A DNA stretch of 64,000 nt from Bdellovibrionales bacterium (GTDB taxonomy: Bacteria; Pseudomonadota; Alphaproteobacteria; UBA9219). This document shows, in pieces, positions 26,973 to 38,782 of this stretch. The notes beneath the pieces were generated by a model, which was not told the origin of the DNA, did not search any database, and saw nothing but the letters and a program-made list of their open reading frames with translations. Location of the stretch: contig JBAZNY010000002.1 in the NCBI GenBank assembly GCA_041649025.1, positions 2,614-66,613 of the forward strand, in the 5' to 3' direction. The position numbers and the translations under genes were made by a program. Each line of letters starts with the position of its first letter. Positions within the stretch are counted from its first letter, which is position 1.

Positions 26973-29306
26973 CTAGTTTCGGAGCGGCTGTCCTGTTTCG
27001 AGCATGTATCGAATACGCGCCGCCGTTTGGGGCATCCGCGCAAGCTTCATGAACTCGCGTTGTTCAAGACCGAGCATCTGCGCCTCCGTCACCGGACGGC
27101 GCGGACTAAACCGTATGCCGCACAATACTGCCGCCAGCGCCTTCGCCACAGTTGCATCGTGGGACAGCGCTTTGCCTAGTGCGCGCCAGCTATCGATCAT
27201 CGATTCAAAAAAGGCGTACTCCGTCGAGCCCGGAAGGTTCAGCTTGAGCGGGAGCGGAGGCTCATAATCTTTAACCATTTGCAGGAGGCGCTGTTTGGCG
27301 TCAAACAACAGGCGATCCCTGTTCATCGTGATGCCGTCCGTTTCGCGCAGGTACATAAGATCGCGCGCCTCAAAAGCCGATCTCGACCGCCGCGCCTGAC
27401 TGATGATTTCAAACGTTTTGCGGACAGGCGTCAGCGTATCGCCGGAGCTGTATTTCTGAAACGCGCGCCCCAACATTTGCGCACATCCGCCCCAACCGGG
27501 AACCTCGCCAATCAATACCTCTACGAGACTAAGATACGTTTCGGCATACGCCTGCGCCGCCGAACAATGCATCGTAAGCTCGCAGGCTCCGCCAAGCGCA
27601 AGCCCTGCCGGAGCCGAGACAGAAGGAAAGCGCGCAAAACGCAGCGCATGATAGGTTTTCTGGCCTTGCCGGATGATTTGGCGCGTTACGGCATAACTTG
27701 CGTCGTCCGTAACTTGAAGGCCTTTTCTCAGATTTGCGCCCGCCGAAAACAAGTTGCTGTCGTTGTAAAAAACAAGGCCTTTATATTTGCCGCCGTTGTT
27801 TTCAATCAACGCGATTGTTTCTCTAAGCAACGCAAGGGTGTCAACGTCAAGCGTGTTCATCTTCGTGGTAAACTCAAAGCACAGAACGCCGTCGCCGACA
27901 TCCCACACGCTCGCAGAGGCGTTCTTGAGCACCGGCGTCGAAGCAAGCTTGATATCTGCCAAAAGAAGGATGCCTTCGGAACGAACGATTGGATTGTATT
28001 TTCCTTCGGCCGTCAGAAATTCCTGCTTGCCGTTCTCGACTTTGTAGAAGGACTTGTCTTCCGCTTTTTTCAATAGTTCGGGAACCACACGGCCTTCGGC
28101 TTTCAATTTACCGACAAACCATCCGACGCCGAGCTTGTCGATCAGTTCAAACGGACCAAATTCCCAGTTGAACCCAAGGCGCATCGCCGTGTCGATCGCG
28201 ACAATATCGTCAGCGCTTTGGGGCACAAGCGACGCTGCATAAACCAGCGTATGCGATAAGACAAACCACGCAAATTTTCCGATGCTATCCTGCGCCTCGC
28301 ATAAAACGCGGAGATTTCCTTTTGCCTCTTCAATCGACTTCGGCTTACCTTCTTTTGAAACGCGGTATTTACCCGTCTTAAGGTCAAGAGCTTCAGTGAC
28401 TTTACCGACTTCCATCTTTTGGACGCGATAAAATCCGCCCTTCCCTTTGCGCCCCGTGTAGCCTTCTGAAATCATTTTATCGATTAAAGCACGCGGAATG
28501 TTGATGGCGCGATAAGCATCGTCCTCCGATAAGGTCGATAAAAGGCTTTTTGCGGATAGCGAAATCAGATCAAGCCCGATGAGATCGATAAGGCCAAACA
28601 TTCCCGTTTTGGGCATTCCTAAAGGTTTGCCGAAAACGGCGTCCGCCTCCTCAACCGTCAGGCCAAGATCAAACGCGGAGTTCATCCCGCACTGCAGAAA
28701 GAAAATGCCAAGGCGATTAGCGATAAATCCAGGAGCGGCTTTGCTCCGGACAACGCCCTTACCAAGAACGTGGTCGCAAAAATCGGTGACACTTTTTATC
28801 GCATCCGGACATGTTGTTTCTCCCGCCATAAGCTCGATCAGGCGCATCGTCCTCGGCGGATTATAAAAATGGGTGATCATAAAATCATGCGCAAATTTTT
28901 CCGATTGCCCCTGTATCAAACGGGCAAGCGGGATGGTGGATGTGTTGGACGACACAATCGAACCCGCTTTGCGCACGGCATCAATTTCTTTATAGACATC
29001 GGATTTTATCTGCTGATCTTCCAGAACGGCTTCGATGATCCAATCAATTTCCGAAAGAATCCCCAGATCGTCTTCCAGATTGCCCGGCGTTATCAGTTTT
29101 GCGTTGTCAGGGTGCATAAACACCGACATGTCTTTTCGCATTTTTGCCAGCGCCGTGCTGGCAAGAACATCCCTGTCCTGTGCGCCCTTCGGGACGATGT
29201 CGAGCAAAACAACCGGCACGCCCGCATTCGATATGTGCGCAGCGATTTGGCTACCCATAACGCCGGAGCCGATAACGGCAATTCTTTTTATTGGGGAAGT
29301 AAACAT
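26973..29306 (-). CDS. fused 3-hydroxyacyl-CoA dehydrogenase / enoyl-CoA hydratase family protein (FadB-like, dehydrogenase N-terminal)
   Basis: Has an N-terminal Rossmann motif IAVIGSGVMGSQIAAH and a 3HCDH core. The C-terminal half has a crotonase-like region (FSAGANL ... GGACEL). Confidence 0.88.
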   Translation of the reverse strand: MFTSPIKRIAVIGSGVMGSQIAAHISNAGVPVVLLDIVPKGAQDRDVLASTALAKMRKDMSVFMHPDNAKLITPGNLEDDLGILSEIDWIIEAVLEDQQIKSDVYKEIDAVRKAGSIVSSNTSTIPLARLIQGQSEKFAHDFMITHFYNPPRTMRLIELMAGETTCPDAIKSVTDFCDHVLGKGVVRSKAAPGFIANRLGIFFLQCGMNSAFDLGLTVEEADAVFGKPLGMPKTGMFGLIDLIGLDLISLSAKSLLSTLSEDDAYRAINIPRALIDKMISEGYTGRKGKGGFYRVQKMEVGKVTEALDLKTGKYRVSKEGKPKSIEEAKGNLRVLCEAQDSIGKFAWFVLSHTLVYAASLVPQSADDIVAIDTAMRLGFNWEFGPFELIDKLGVGWFVGKLKAEGRVVPELLKKAEDKSFYKVENGKQEFLTAEGKYNPIVRSEGILLLADIKLASTPVLKNASASVWDVGDGVLCFEFTTKMNTLDVDTLALLRETIALIENNGGKYKGLVFYNDSNLFSAGANLRKGLQVTDDASYAVTRQIIRQGQKTYHALRFARFPSVSAPAGLALGGACELTMHCSAAQAYAETYLSLVEVLIGEVPGWGGCAQMLGRAFQKYSSGDTLTPVRKTFEIISQARRSRSAFEARDLMYLRETDGITMNRDRLLFDAKQRLLQMVKDYEPPLPLKLNLPGSTEYAFFESMIDSWRALGKALSHDATVAKALAAVLCGIRFSPRRPVTEAQMLGLEQREFMKLARMPQTAARIRYMLETGQPLRN

Positions 29307-29414
29307 TTCCTGTGAACCCCCGTGCTTCCGCAGCTAAATATCAAAACAGGGTATTATTGCCTTGTGGCTCATGTTAAAAGGGTAGCATGGCTTTATCAAG
29401 AACGGGAATCAATC

Positions 29415-30434
29415 ATGAAGAAGTATAAAGTGGCTGTGGTTGGCGCAACCGGCGCCGTAGGCCGGGAAATGCTGCAAGTACTCGCACAACGAAAGTTCCC
29501 TATTTCGGAGGTTATTGCCCTTGCCTCAGGCCGTTCTGCGGGAGATAGCGTCAGCTTCGGCGAAGATGAAGTCCTGAAAGTCCAGGAGTTGGCAAAATAC
29601 GATTTTAAGGGGACCGATATTTGCCTTTCTTCCGCCGGAGCCAAGATTTCCGAGGAATTTGCTCCCCGCGCAGGCAAGGCAGGATGCGTCGTCATCGATA
29701 ACACGTCGCAATTTCGAATGGACAAGGACGTTCCTTTGGTGGTGCCCGAAGTTAATCCACAGGATATCGCTCAGTATTCAAAACGCAACATCATCGCCAA
29801 CCCGAACTGCTCGACGATCCAGATGCTGGTGGCTTTGAAACCGTTGCACGATCTCGCGCGCATCAAAAGAATTGTTGTTGCCACGTATCAATCGGTTTCC
29901 GGCGCGGGCAAAGAAGCTATGGACGAATTGTTCAGGCAATCGCGCGCGCTTTTCGTCAACGATGAAATCATCAAAGAGGTTTTCGACAAGCAGATCGCCT
30001 TCAACGTCATTCCTCACATCGATGTTTTTATGGAGGATGCCTCGACGAAAGAAGAATGGAAAATGGTCGTCGAAACGCAGAAAATTCTTGATCCTTCAAT
30101 CAAGGTTTCGGCAACCTGCGTGCGCGTGCCTGTTTTTATCTGCCATGCGGAAGCCGTCAACGTCGAATTCGAAAAACCCCTTAGCCCCGCAGAAGCCCGC
30201 GCCGCCCTTAAAAAGGCCAAAGGCATTACCGTCATCGACCGCCCCGAAGAGGCAGCCTTTGTTACACCTGTAGATTGCACAGGCGAAGATAATGTTTTTG
30301 TCAGTCGAATTCGTAAGGACGCCTCAATCGAAAATGGCCTGAATCTGTGGGTTGTTGCCGATAATCTGCGAAAAGGGGCCGCCTTGAATGCCGTGCAGAT
30401 CGCCGAAATTTTGGCAAAAAACTATCTTAAGTAA
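29415..30434 (+). CDS. asd: aspartate-semialdehyde dehydrogenase
   Basis: Begins MKKYKVAVVGATGAVGREML and has the active-site region IIANPNCSTIQM. Start refined to the ATG at 29415. Confidence 0.95.
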   Translation: MKKYKVAVVGATGAVGREMLQVLAQRKFPISEVIALASGRSAGDSVSFGEDEVLKVQELAKYDFKGTDICLSSAGAKISEEFAPRAGKAGCVVIDNTSQFRMDKDVPLVVPEVNPQDIAQYSKRNIIANPNCSTIQMLVALKPLHDLARIKRIVVATYQSVSGAGKEAMDELFRQSRALFVNDEIIKEVFDKQIAFNVIPHIDVFMEDASTKEEWKMVVETQKILDPSIKVSATCVRVPVFICHAEAVNVEFEKPLSPAEARAALKKAKGITVIDRPEEAAFVTPVDCTGEDNVFVSRIRKDASIENGLNLWVVADNLRKGAALNAVQIAEILAKNYLK

Positions 30435-30549
30435 CCCTTTGCGCCTGCGACTTTTTCAAGGCGTTTCCGCGACTTGCGAATCATAGAAACGCATGTTAGC
30501 GTTGCCAAACGTACTTTTCCTCATCTCAAAACCAAGAGAAGATAACGCT

Positions 30550-30831
30550 ATGAATGAAAAACTCGTCTATCAAGCCTCGGTGCTTTTTAGCGCCTTAGCT
30601 GTGGTTTTACTGGTCGTGAACGTTTCGCTGGCCAGCATAAACCGTTCCAAACAAAACGATGTTGCGCAACGTCAGTCCACGATCGTATCGGGACAAACGC
30701 TCGCCCAACTTAATCAGGGTCTTGTCAGAGCGATTGCCGAGACTTCGCTTAAGAACAACGACCTTCAGCTGCGCGACCTTCTCTCGTCGCAAGGCATTTC
30801 GTTGAAAAACGACTCGTCAACCAAAAAGTAA
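30550..30831 (+). CDS. hypothetical membrane-anchored protein
   Basis: Has one N-terminal TM segment (VLFSALAVVLLVVNVSLA). Start refined to the ATG at 30550. Confidence 0.45.
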   Translation: MNEKLVYQASVLFSALAVVLLVVNVSLASINRSKQNDVAQRQSTIVSGQTLAQLNQGLVRAIAETSLKNNDLQLRDLLSSQGISLKNDSSTKK

Positions 30832-30843
30832 GGAGAAACCGCA

Positions 30844-31206
30844 ATGATTTGCGCAAAAGAGATTCCATCACAGTTGCTGTTGCCCGTTTCCCTTATTTCC
30901 TTCGCCTTCGCGGGTTTTCTTGCCTTTCAGACGACTTTGCTCATTTCCGACCGCGCGGCCATCAATACCGCGTATGTGGAACAGACCAAAACTCTGGAAC
31001 AAGTCGAGAAGGTCAGAGGCCAGGCCAGCGCTTTGGTCAAAGGCGTTGTCGATCTTGATAAAAAAGGCAACAAGAATGCACGCTTCATCATCGAGGAGCT
31101 GAAGAAAGTGGGCATTAACTTCCAAGACGACGCCGCCCAGGTTGGCGCCGCTCCTGCAAGTGCCGATGTTCCTGCTCCGGCGACAGAAGAAGAACCGAAG
31201 CGTTAA
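30844..31206 (+). CDS. hypothetical membrane-anchored protein
   Basis: An AAGGAG RBS lies upstream. Has one TM segment, and a strong terminator follows the gene. Confidence 0.5.
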   Translation: MICAKEIPSQLLLPVSLISFAFAGFLAFQTTLLISDRAAINTAYVEQTKTLEQVEKVRGQASALVKGVVDLDKKGNKNARFIIEELKKVGINFQDDAAQVGAAPASADVPAPATEEEPKR

Positions 31207-31225
31207 TTGTTTACTGATTATGGGA

Positions 31226-31256
31226 AAGGCGGAAAGATTTCTTTCCGCCTTTTTTC
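31226..31256 (+). terminator. rho-independent terminator
   Basis: Stem GGCGGAAAG (31228-31236), loop ATTT, stem CTTTCCGCC (31241-31249), then a T-run. Confidence 0.85.
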
Positions 31257-31326
31257 TATGCTCTCTTTTCCGACTGCGCTATAAAGCTCAGCGTCACTCA
31301 ACATAAAATTGGATTGGGCAAAAAGC

Positions 31327-32418
31327 ATGATTTATCTACCTTTTGATGTGTACCCCCTCTTGCGTCCGTTTCTTTTCCTTTTTGATCCGGAAGATGCGCA
31401 TAAACTTGCTCTTTTTTGCCTCAAATGGGGGGTCATTCCCACTAGAAAAGTGCATAAAGACTCCGTTCTTCGCACGACTTTCTGCGGTATCGACTTCGAT
31501 CATCCTATAGGTCTTGGGGCGGGTTTCGATAAGCAGGCGGAAATTATCAAATCCATTTTTCAATTAGGCTTTTCCTTTGCCGAAGTCGGCGGCGTCACGC
31601 CAAAACCTCAGCCCGGCAATCCTCGCCCTCGCATGTTCCGCCTTAAAGAATCAAAAGCTCTCATCAACCGTTTTAATCTTAACAATCCGGGGTTCGACGT
31701 TTTTCAGCGGCGCCTGCAGGCATGGCATAAAAAAAAGACGGGAGAAAAAAACCGTCCTGTCCTTGGCGTCAATATTGCCAAGGGAGATAACTGTACAGAC
31801 GACGCCGAGGCTTACATTCTCGGCATGAAGAAGCTCGCGCCCTATGTGCAGTTTGTTACGCTCAATGTTTCGTGCCCCAATGAACAGTGTGCGAGACGGC
31901 TTGAGGGACACGATCAACTTAAGGAACTTCTTCACCGCGTCAAAGAAGCGCATAACGCCTTAGGCATAAAGCCTTTGCTGTTCATCAAAATATCTCCCGA
32001 TCAAACGGAACAGCAGGCCAAAGACGTCGCCGAAGTCGCTCTGTCTTCGGGCATCGATGGCCTGATTGTCGCCAATGGAACGGCCTCGCGCCCCGCCTCG
32101 ATGACTAATCCGGTCGCGAAGGAAAGAGGCGGGCTTTCCGGCAAGCCTTTGTTCGAGATGTCGACCAAACTTTTGGGAACGCTCTATCAGCTGACGGAAG
32201 GAAAAATTCCTCTCATCGGCTGCGGCGGCGTTTTCACGGGCGCGGATGCGTATAAGAAAATCCGCGCAGGCGCGACGCTCGTTCAAATCTATACGGGCAT
32301 GATTTTTGAAGGCTCTGCGATTGTCTCCAGCGTTACAAAAGAGCTTGCCGCCTTGCTCAAGCGCGACGGATTTTCTTGCGTTAACGACGCTGTCGGGGCT
32401 GATTTTAGAAAGGGCTGA
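31327..32418 (+). CDS. pyrD: dihydroorotate dehydrogenase (quinone), class 2
   Basis: Contains LGAGFDKQAE, EVGGVTPKPQPGNPRPRMFRL, NISSPN-like VSCPN and GCGGV. Start refined to the ATG at 31327. Confidence 0.93.
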   Translation: MIYLPFDVYPLLRPFLFLFDPEDAHKLALFCLKWGVIPTRKVHKDSVLRTTFCGIDFDHPIGLGAGFDKQAEIIKSIFQLGFSFAEVGGVTPKPQPGNPRPRMFRLKESKALINRFNLNNPGFDVFQRRLQAWHKKKTGEKNRPVLGVNIAKGDNCTDDAEAYILGMKKLAPYVQFVTLNVSCPNEQCARRLEGHDQLKELLHRVKEAHNALGIKPLLFIKISPDQTEQQAKDVAEVALSSGIDGLIVANGTASRPASMTNPVAKERGGLSGKPLFEMSTKLLGTLYQLTEGKIPLIGCGGVFTGADAYKKIRAGATLVQIYTGMIFEGSAIVSSVTKELAALLKRDGFSCVNDAVGADFRKG

Positions 32419-32420
32419 TA

Positions 32421-33071
32421 GTGAAAAGTTATAAAGAGTTTCCTACTTTTTTCTGCGTCGATCATCCGCTTATTCAACACAAACTGACGCAGATGCGGGA
32501 AACCTCATGCAAATCGCTTGGGTTCCGTTCGCTGTTGCGCGAGATTTCTTCACTGATCGGTTACGAAATATCACGCAATTTGCCGATGACGACGCGGCAC
32601 ATCACGACCCCCATCACGGACATGGACGCCCCTTGCCTTGCGACGCCTGACCCTTGCATTGTGCCGGTCTTACGCGCCGGACTTGGCATGGCCGATGGTT
32701 TGCTCGATCTTATTCCGACGGCGCAGGTCGGCCACATCGGCGTTTACCGCGACCATGAAACCAAGAAGCCCATCGAATATCTTGTGCGGCTTCCTAAAAA
32801 CATCGGGCAGAATTTTTTCGTCGTCGATCCGATGCTGGCTACCGGAAATTCGCTTATCCATGTTTGCGATGTTTTGATTAAGCACGGAATCTCTCCCGAT
32901 AAGATCAGCGTCATGGCTTTGGTCGCAGCGCCCGAAGGCGTCAAGGAATTTGCATCCCATCATCCGACCATACGTGTTTATTGCGCGGCCTTGGACGAAA
33001 AACTCAATAGTAACGCCTATATCGTGCCCGGATTGGGCGACGCCGGAGACAGATTATTTGGGACGGAATAA
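32421..33071 (+). CDS. upp: uracil phosphoribosyltransferase
   Basis: Contains HPLIQHKLTQMR, the PRPP loop VVDPMLATGNS and IVPGLGDAGDRLFGT. GTG start. Confidence 0.93.
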   Translation: MKSYKEFPTFFCVDHPLIQHKLTQMRETSCKSLGFRSLLREISSLIGYEISRNLPMTTRHITTPITDMDAPCLATPDPCIVPVLRAGLGMADGLLDLIPTAQVGHIGVYRDHETKKPIEYLVRLPKNIGQNFFVVDPMLATGNSLIHVCDVLIKHGISPDKISVMALVAAPEGVKEFASHHPTIRVYCAALDEKLNSNAYIVPGLGDAGDRLFGTE

Positions 33072-33142
33072 TTTTTTAACGCGAATCATGATAGATGTAC
33101 GCAGCACGCAACGACATGTGCCTTTTCAAAAGAAAACAAATG

Positions 33143-33168
33143 GGATGCCCGCCTTCGCGGGCATGACG
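33143..33168. repeat. REP-like GC hairpin (CCCGCCTTCGCGGG + ATGAC)
   Basis: GGATGCCCGCCTTCGCGGGCATGACG. The same hairpin core occurs in the 26.7-26.9 kb tandem units and at 62554-62580. Confidence 0.6.
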
Positions 33169-33178
33169 GTGGTTTTGT

Positions 33179-35164
33179 ATGGCTGACTTATTTCCGACCA
33201 ATTCTAAAAGAAAAGACGCGACTTACGACGCCAACGACATCGAGGTTCTTGAGGGCCTTGAGCCCGTGCGCCGCCGACCCGGCATGTACATCGGCGGAAC
33301 GGACGAAACGGCCATGAACCACTTGGTCACGGAAGTGCTCGACAACTGCATGGACGAGGCCGTTGCGGGATACGCCTCGTTTATCGAAGTCGAATTGAAG
33401 CCCGACAATGTCGTCACGATCCGCGATAACGGACGCGGCATTCCCGTCGATAACCACCCTAAATATCCGGGCAAGTCAGCGCTTGAAGTCATTATGACGA
33501 TGCTGCACTCCGGCGGAAAATTTTCGAACAAAGTTTACGAAACATCGGGAGGTCTTCACGGCGTCGGCATTTCCGTCGTCAATGCCTTGTCCGAAGAAAT
33601 GACCGTCGAGGTCGCGCGCGACAAACAACTTTATGTCCAACATTACAGCCGAGGCGCGCCTCAGGGAAAAATCAAGAAGGCAGGCGCCGTCAACAAGCGC
33701 GGCACGTCGATTACCTTTCGGCCCGATGTCGATATTTTTGGCTCTAAATGCCATTATAAACCATCCGCCCTGTTCCGCATGGCGCGGTCGAAGGCCTATC
33801 TGTTTCGCGGCATCGAAATTCGCTGGAATTGCGACCCCTCGCTCATCAAAGGCGAAGACAAAACGCCGCCTCAGGCTGTTTTGCATTTTCCCGGCGGGCT
33901 TTCGGATTATCTGTCTTCGACGCTGGATGCTCGCGAGACGCTGACGCCGCAGATGTTCTCCGGCGTCGCGGATTTGCCTGACAATCAAGGACGCGTCGAA
34001 TGGGCCGTCGCGTGGCCTGTCGATGGCGAAGGCTTTTGCAGCTCTTATTGCAATACCGTTCATACTTCCCAAGGCGGCACGCACGAAAGCGGCATGAGGT
34101 CGGCTTTGCTTCGCGGCTTGCGCGCTTACGGCGAATTGATCGGCAATCGCCGCGCGACGGCGATTACGGGCGACGAAGCTTTCGGCAATGCCGCCGTTTT
34201 GCTGTCACTGTTCATCAAGAATCCGCAATTCCAAGGCCAGACGAAAGAAAAACTGGCGACGATGGAGGCTTTTCGCCTCGTCGACCAAACGGTCAAGGAT
34301 CACCTTGACCACTGGCTCGTTGCCGATGCCATGAGCAGCAAAACCCTGCTCGACCAATTGATTTTCAGGGCTGAGGAGCGCACGCGCGCCTTGCAAGCCA
34401 GAGATATGGCGCGCAAATCGGCTACGCGCAGATTGCGCCTTCCGGGAAAATTGGCGGATTGTTCGCAAAACGCGGCGCTCGACACTGAAATATTCCTTGT
34501 CGAAGGCGACAGCGCCGGAGGCTCGGCCAAGCAAGCCCGCAAACGCGAGACACAGGCTATTCTGCCACTGCGCGGAAAGATTCTGAACGTCGCGAGCGCG
34601 TCGGTCGATAAATTGCGCGCCAATCAGGAAATTCAGGATTTAACGCAAGCCTTGGGATGCGGCATCGGGTCGGAGTTTAAGCTCGACAAACTGCGCTATG
34701 ACCGCATCATCATCATGACGGACGCCGACGTCGACGGCGCGCATATCGCTTCGCTTCTCATGACGTTCTTTTACCGCGAGATGCCCGGACTGATCACGGC
34801 GGGACATGTGTATCTGGCTATGCCGCCGTTGTATCGCATTTCCCAAGGCAGCACGACGCACTACGCCCGCGACGACGACCATAAGGATGAATTGCTCAAG
34901 ACGGAATTTAAGGGTCGCGGCAATATCGAGATCAGCCGGTTTAAAGGCCTCGGCGAAATGATGCCCGCGCAATTGCGCGAGACGACGATGGATCCCGCCA
35001 CGCGCTCTCTTTTGCGCGTCGTGATTGCCAAAAAGGGCGAGGACAGCCAAGAGGAAATAAAGGAAACCGAAGACCTCGTCGAAAGGCTGATGGGACGCAA
35101 GGCCGAGCTTCGCTTCCAGTTTATCCAGGAAAACGCGCGGTTCGCGCAGGATGTGGATGTGTGA
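33179..35164 (+). CDS. parE: DNA topoisomerase IV subunit B
   Basis: Has the GHKL ATPase region (LEPVRRRPGMYIGGT, EVLDNCMDEA, DNGRGIP, GGLHGVG) and the Toprim region (EIFLVEGDSAGGS, IMTDADVDGAHI). At 661 aa it fits ParE rather than the roughly 800-aa GyrB. Confidence 0.88.
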   Translation: MADLFPTNSKRKDATYDANDIEVLEGLEPVRRRPGMYIGGTDETAMNHLVTEVLDNCMDEAVAGYASFIEVELKPDNVVTIRDNGRGIPVDNHPKYPGKSALEVIMTMLHSGGKFSNKVYETSGGLHGVGISVVNALSEEMTVEVARDKQLYVQHYSRGAPQGKIKKAGAVNKRGTSITFRPDVDIFGSKCHYKPSALFRMARSKAYLFRGIEIRWNCDPSLIKGEDKTPPQAVLHFPGGLSDYLSSTLDARETLTPQMFSGVADLPDNQGRVEWAVAWPVDGEGFCSSYCNTVHTSQGGTHESGMRSALLRGLRAYGELIGNRRATAITGDEAFGNAAVLLSLFIKNPQFQGQTKEKLATMEAFRLVDQTVKDHLDHWLVADAMSSKTLLDQLIFRAEERTRALQARDMARKSATRRLRLPGKLADCSQNAALDTEIFLVEGDSAGGSAKQARKRETQAILPLRGKILNVASASVDKLRANQEIQDLTQALGCGIGSEFKLDKLRYDRIIIMTDADVDGAHIASLLMTFFYREMPGLITAGHVYLAMPPLYRISQGSTTHYARDDDHKDELLKTEFKGRGNIEISRFKGLGEMMPAQLRETTMDPATRSLLRVVIAKKGEDSQEEIKETEDLVERLMGRKAELRFQFIQENARFAQDVDV

Positions 35165-35323
35165 AACATCTTGTCATTCCCGCGAAAGCGCAAATGACAA
35201 AGAAAATAAATTGAACAAAAAACAATAGTTAGCCCATTTTCTTGATTAATATTCTCAGCAACAAACACACTCTTTCCACAAGCGATATATTCACAACCGC
35301 CTGCATTTCCTTGTTTTTTGCGC

Positions 35324-35352
35324 CTTGATATGGTCACTTTGCGTCACCATAT
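35324..35352 (+). promoter_or_regulatory. candidate sigma-32 (heat-shock) promoter of lon
   Basis: GCCTTGAT, a 15-nt spacer, then CACCATAT, compared with the remembered consensus CCCTTGAA-N13-15-CCCCATNT. It lies about 40 nt upstream of the lon start and overlaps a 7-bp inverted repeat (ATATGGT ... ACCATAT). Confidence 0.35.
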
Positions 35353-35388
35353 ACGCTTTTGCTTATGAATATTCGGAAGGACTTTTGA

Positions 35389-37805
<2,417 letters not shown>

Positions 37806-37809
<4 letters not shown>

Positions 37810-38132
37810 GGTTGAGGATCTTTAGAGATCGCACATGCACCGCATCCACAAGGACGGCGGACATCAAGCCATACGGCAAAGACTCCTCCCGTTACAGCGG
37901 CACTGATCATTAGACAGTATGAGGCGTTCAAAAATGCCGCGGCGAGAAATTGTTGGCCATGAGCGGCATAATACATAGAGGCTATTCCAAAACCAATAAC
38001 ATCAGTCACCTGCGCGCCACATCCATATCTAATGACGTCCTTCGGATCCAATGCATCTAGTTTGTCAGAGACCTTTATACCAACACGGGATAATATATTT
38101 TTTGCTTCTTTTCCAAATTCCGGCATTTTCAT
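37806..38132 (-). CDS. hypothetical membrane protein (108 aa)
   Basis: An intact ORF with two or three hydrophobic segments, convergent with lon. No recognisable motif. Confidence 0.4.
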
Positions 38133-38149
38133 ATTGGCCTCCTATAAAA

Positions 38150-38635
38150 TTATCCTTTTTGTCTCATAATCCTCGCCTTATCCCGCGCCCATTCGCGGTT
38201 TTTAATCGCTTCGCGCTTGTCGCGTTGCTGCTTACCTTTGGCAAGACCAATTTCGATTTTGGCGATGCCACGTTTGTTGAAATAGACGCCTAAGGGAACG
38301 AGCGTCATGCCCTCGCGCTTAACCGCACCCAGCATTTTGCTGACTTCGCGTTTATGCAAAAGGAGCTTTCGCGGACGGCGCGTTTCGTGCTGAAGATGCT
38401 CGCCTGCGCTTTTATATTCCGGAATGTAGGCGTTGATCAGAAAAATGGCGCCTTCCTTGGGCGTCGCAAAGGCTTCCTGAATACTGGCCTGACCTGAACG
38501 TAAAGATTTGACCTCGGTGCCAACCAGCATGATTCCGGCTTCGACCGTACTTGTAATAAAATAGTCATGCCGCGCGCGGCGGTTTAGCGACACATACTTT
38601 TGTGCGAGGGCTCTTTCTTCGGCTTTTGTCTTCAT
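38150..38635 (-). CDS. smpB: SsrA-binding protein
   Basis: Contains [18 protein letters not shown] and a basic C-terminal tail. Confidence 0.95.
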   Translation of the reverse strand: MKTKAEERALAQKYVSLNRRARHDYFITSTVEAGIMLVGTEVKSLRSGQASIQEAFATPKEGAIFLINAYIPEYKSAGEHLQHETRRPRKLLLHKREVSKMLGAVKREGMTLVPLGVYFNKRGIAKIEIGLAKGKQQRDKREAIKNREWARDKARIMRQKG

Positions 38636-38707
38636 AATAATACATATTTACCCGACACAAGGGTTGGCGTCTATCCATGAATCTGTATAGGATAAGCCTT
38701 ACCGCTA

Positions 38708-38750
38708 ACCCCTCCCCTAACCCCTCCCTCAGGGGGAGGGGAATTCGGTG
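38708..38750. repeat. GC-rich palindromic element (CCCCTCCC TCA GGGGGAGGGG)
   Basis: CCCCTCCCCTAACCCCTCCCTCAGGGGGAGGGGAAT. Related to the element at 15595-15670. Confidence 0.6.
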
Positions 38751-38782
38751 GGGAATGCGGCAAGCTTTGTTCTTAATTCTTC

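Noticed and set aside
38636-38782. Possible tmRNA (ssrA) next to smpB.
   Set aside because: The gap is only about 150 nt and is mostly occupied by the GC-rich palindromic repeat. I saw no tRNA-like acceptor/T-arm or tag-reading-frame features.
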